Shown here: one piece after another, positions 62,101 through 64,000 of the stretch
Position numbering within the stretch: the first letter of the stretch is position 1
Layout of the letters: the number at the start of each line of letters is the position of its first letter
NCBI GenBank assembly: GCA_032718475.1
Contig: JAUCBJ010007374.1
Span: forward strand, 34,920-98,919
Length of the DNA stretch: 64,000 nt
Direction of reading: 5' to 3'
DNA from: Nemertoderma westbladi
Taxonomy: Eukaryota; Animalia; Xenacoelomorpha
The notes under the pieces: generated by a model
What the model was told of the DNA's origin: nothing
Database searches by the model: none
The model's input: only the letters and a program-made list of their open reading frames with translations
Made by a program: the position numbers and the translations under genes

Positions 62101-63845
62101 GCTTGGTAGAATGATCCGTTACTATCTGTATTAGTTTGGTAGAATGATCCGTTCCTTTCTGTATTAGCTTGGTAGAATGATCCGTTGCTTTCTGTATTAG
62201 CTTGGTAGAAAGATCCGTTCCTTTCTTTATTAGCTTGGTAGAATGATCCGTTACTATCTGTATTAGTTTGGTAGAATGATCCGTTCCTTTCTGTATTAGC
62301 TTGGTAGAATGATCCGTTACTATCTGTATTTACTTGGTAGAGTGATCCGTTCCTTTCTTTATTAGCTTGGTAGAGTGATCCGTTACTATCTGTATTAGCT
62401 TGGTAGAATGATCCGTTACTATCTGTATTAGCTTTGTAGAATGATCCGTTACTATCTGTATTAGCTTGGTAGAATGATCCGTTCCTATCTGTATTAGTTT
62501 GGTAGAATGATCCGTTCCTTTCTTTATTAGCTTGGTAGAGTGATCCGTTCCTTTCTTTATTAGCTTGGTAGAGTGATCCGTTCCTTTCTTTATTAGCTTG
62601 GTAGAGTGATCCGTTACTATCTGTATTAGCTTGGTAGAATGATCCGTTACTATCTGTATTAGCTTTGTAGAATGATCCGTTACTATCTGTATTAGCTTGG
62701 TAGAATGATCCGTTCCTATCTGTATTAGCTTGGTAGAATGATCCGTTCCTATCCGTATTAGCTTGGTAGAATGATCCGTTGCTTTCTGTATTAGCTTGGT
62801 AGAAAGATCCGTTCCTTTCTTTATTAGCTTGGTAGAATGATCCGTTACTATCTGTATTAGTTTGGTAGAATGATCCGTTCCTTTCTTTATTAGCTTGGTA
62901 GAATGATCCGTTACTATCTGTATTAGCTTGGTAGAATGATCCGTTACTATCTGTATTAGCTTGGTAGAATGATCCGTTCCTTTCTTTATTAGCTTGGTAG
63001 AGTGATCCGTTACTATCCGTATTAGCTTGGTAGAATGATCCGTTGCTTTCTGTATTAGCTTGGTAGAAAGATCCGTTCCTTTCTTTATTAGCTTGGTAGA
63101 ATGATCCGTTACTATCTGTATTAGTTTGGTAGAATGATCCGTTCCTTTCTTTATTAGCTTGGTAGAGTGATCCGTTCCTTTCTGTATTAGCTTGGTAGAA
63201 TGATCCGTTCCTATCTGTATTAGCTTGGTAGAATGATCCGTTCCTATCTGTATTAGCTTGGTAGAATGATCCGTTCCTTTCTGTATTAGCTTGGTAGAAT
63301 GATCCGTTCCTTTCTTTATTAGCTTGGTAGAATGATCCGTTCCTATCTGTATTAGCTTGGTAGAATGATCCGTTCCTATCTGTATTAGCTTGGTAGAATG
63401 ATCCGTTACTATCTGTATTAGCTTTGTAGAATGATCCGTTCCTATCTGTATTAGCTTGGTTGAATGATCCGTTACTATCTGTATTAGCTTGGTAGAATGA
63501 TCCGTTACTATCTGTATTAGCTTGGTAGAATGATCCGTTACTATCTGTATTAGCTAGGTAGAATGATCCGTTACTATCTGTATTAGCTTGGTAGAATGAT
63601 CCGTTCCTATATGTATTAGCTTGGTTGAATGATCCGTTACTATCTGTATTAGCTTGGTTGAATGATCCGTTACTATCTGTATTAGCTTGGTAGAATGATC
63701 CGTTACTATCTGTATTAGCTTGGTAGAAAGATCCGTTACTATCTGTATTAGCTTGGTAGAATGATCCGTTCCTATCTGTATTAGCTTGGTAGAATGATCT
63801 GTTCATATTTGTATTAGCTTGGTAGAATGATCCTTTCCTATTTGT
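38138..63845 (+). repeat. 33-bp satellite (GTTACTATCTGTATTAGCTTGGTAGAATGATCC)n, about 25.7 kb, about 780 units, with higher-order repeats
   Basis: Continuous array. Variant patterns recur at offsets 1980, about 5010-5472 and 6053. Confidence 0.99.
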
Positions 63846-63871
63846 TACGGTATATGGCGCTGTATCCACAG

Positions 63872-64000
63872 TATTAGTCCATTATGCAGTATGCAATATT
63901 AGTCCATTATGCAGTATGCAATATTAGTCCATTATGCAGTATGCAATATTAGTCCGTTATACTGTATGTAATATTAGTCCGTTGTGCAGCATGATATTTT
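63872..64000 (+). repeat. 25-bp tandem repeat (TATTAGTCCATTATGCAGTATGCAA)n
   Basis: About 5 units, increasingly diverged toward the window edge. Confidence 0.85.

Noticed and set aside
38264-63869. Long minus-strand ORFs encoding (NGSFYQANTDS)n, up to 1344 aa, resembling a repetitive glycoprotein
   Set aside because: A 33-bp unit with one stop-free frame gives such ORFs automatically. Stops (TCA>TAA/TGA, CAA>TAA, TAC>TAA) and 1-bp frameshifts are present and propagated, common variants are non-synonymous, and there is no signal peptide or unique domain.

Overview
AT-rich animal (probably invertebrate) genomic DNA, about 60% of it tandem repeat. Two genes are recognisable. (1) An intronless ZAK/MAP3K20-like kinase (kinase-leucine zipper-SAM-YEATS-like-basic tail, 8005-10728), preceded by a near-identical, C-terminally truncated tandem duplicate (229-2529). 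The duplication junction carries a 29-bp locally templated insertion. (2) A six-coding-exon Rab4 gene on the minus strand (29612-36385) that the ORF track shows only in fragments. The rest is transposon-derived DNA (a LINE 3' end interrupted by a hAT MITE, a Mutator-type MITE with a perfect 9-bp TSD, a tRNA-derived SINE, other MITEs) and at least ten unrelated satellites or minisatellites (units of 12, 17, 19, 21, 25, 33, 35, 43, 72 and 118 bp), the largest a 25.7-kb 33-mer array. The most notable observations are the truncated ZAK paralogue, templated repair scars, an intronic minisatellite that reiterates a Rab4 splice donor, and chains of TA-flanked palindromic footprints (TAGGCCTA, TACCGGTA, TACAGTA), one of which is present in one paralogous copy and absent from the other. 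All analysis was by eye and no database searches were run.
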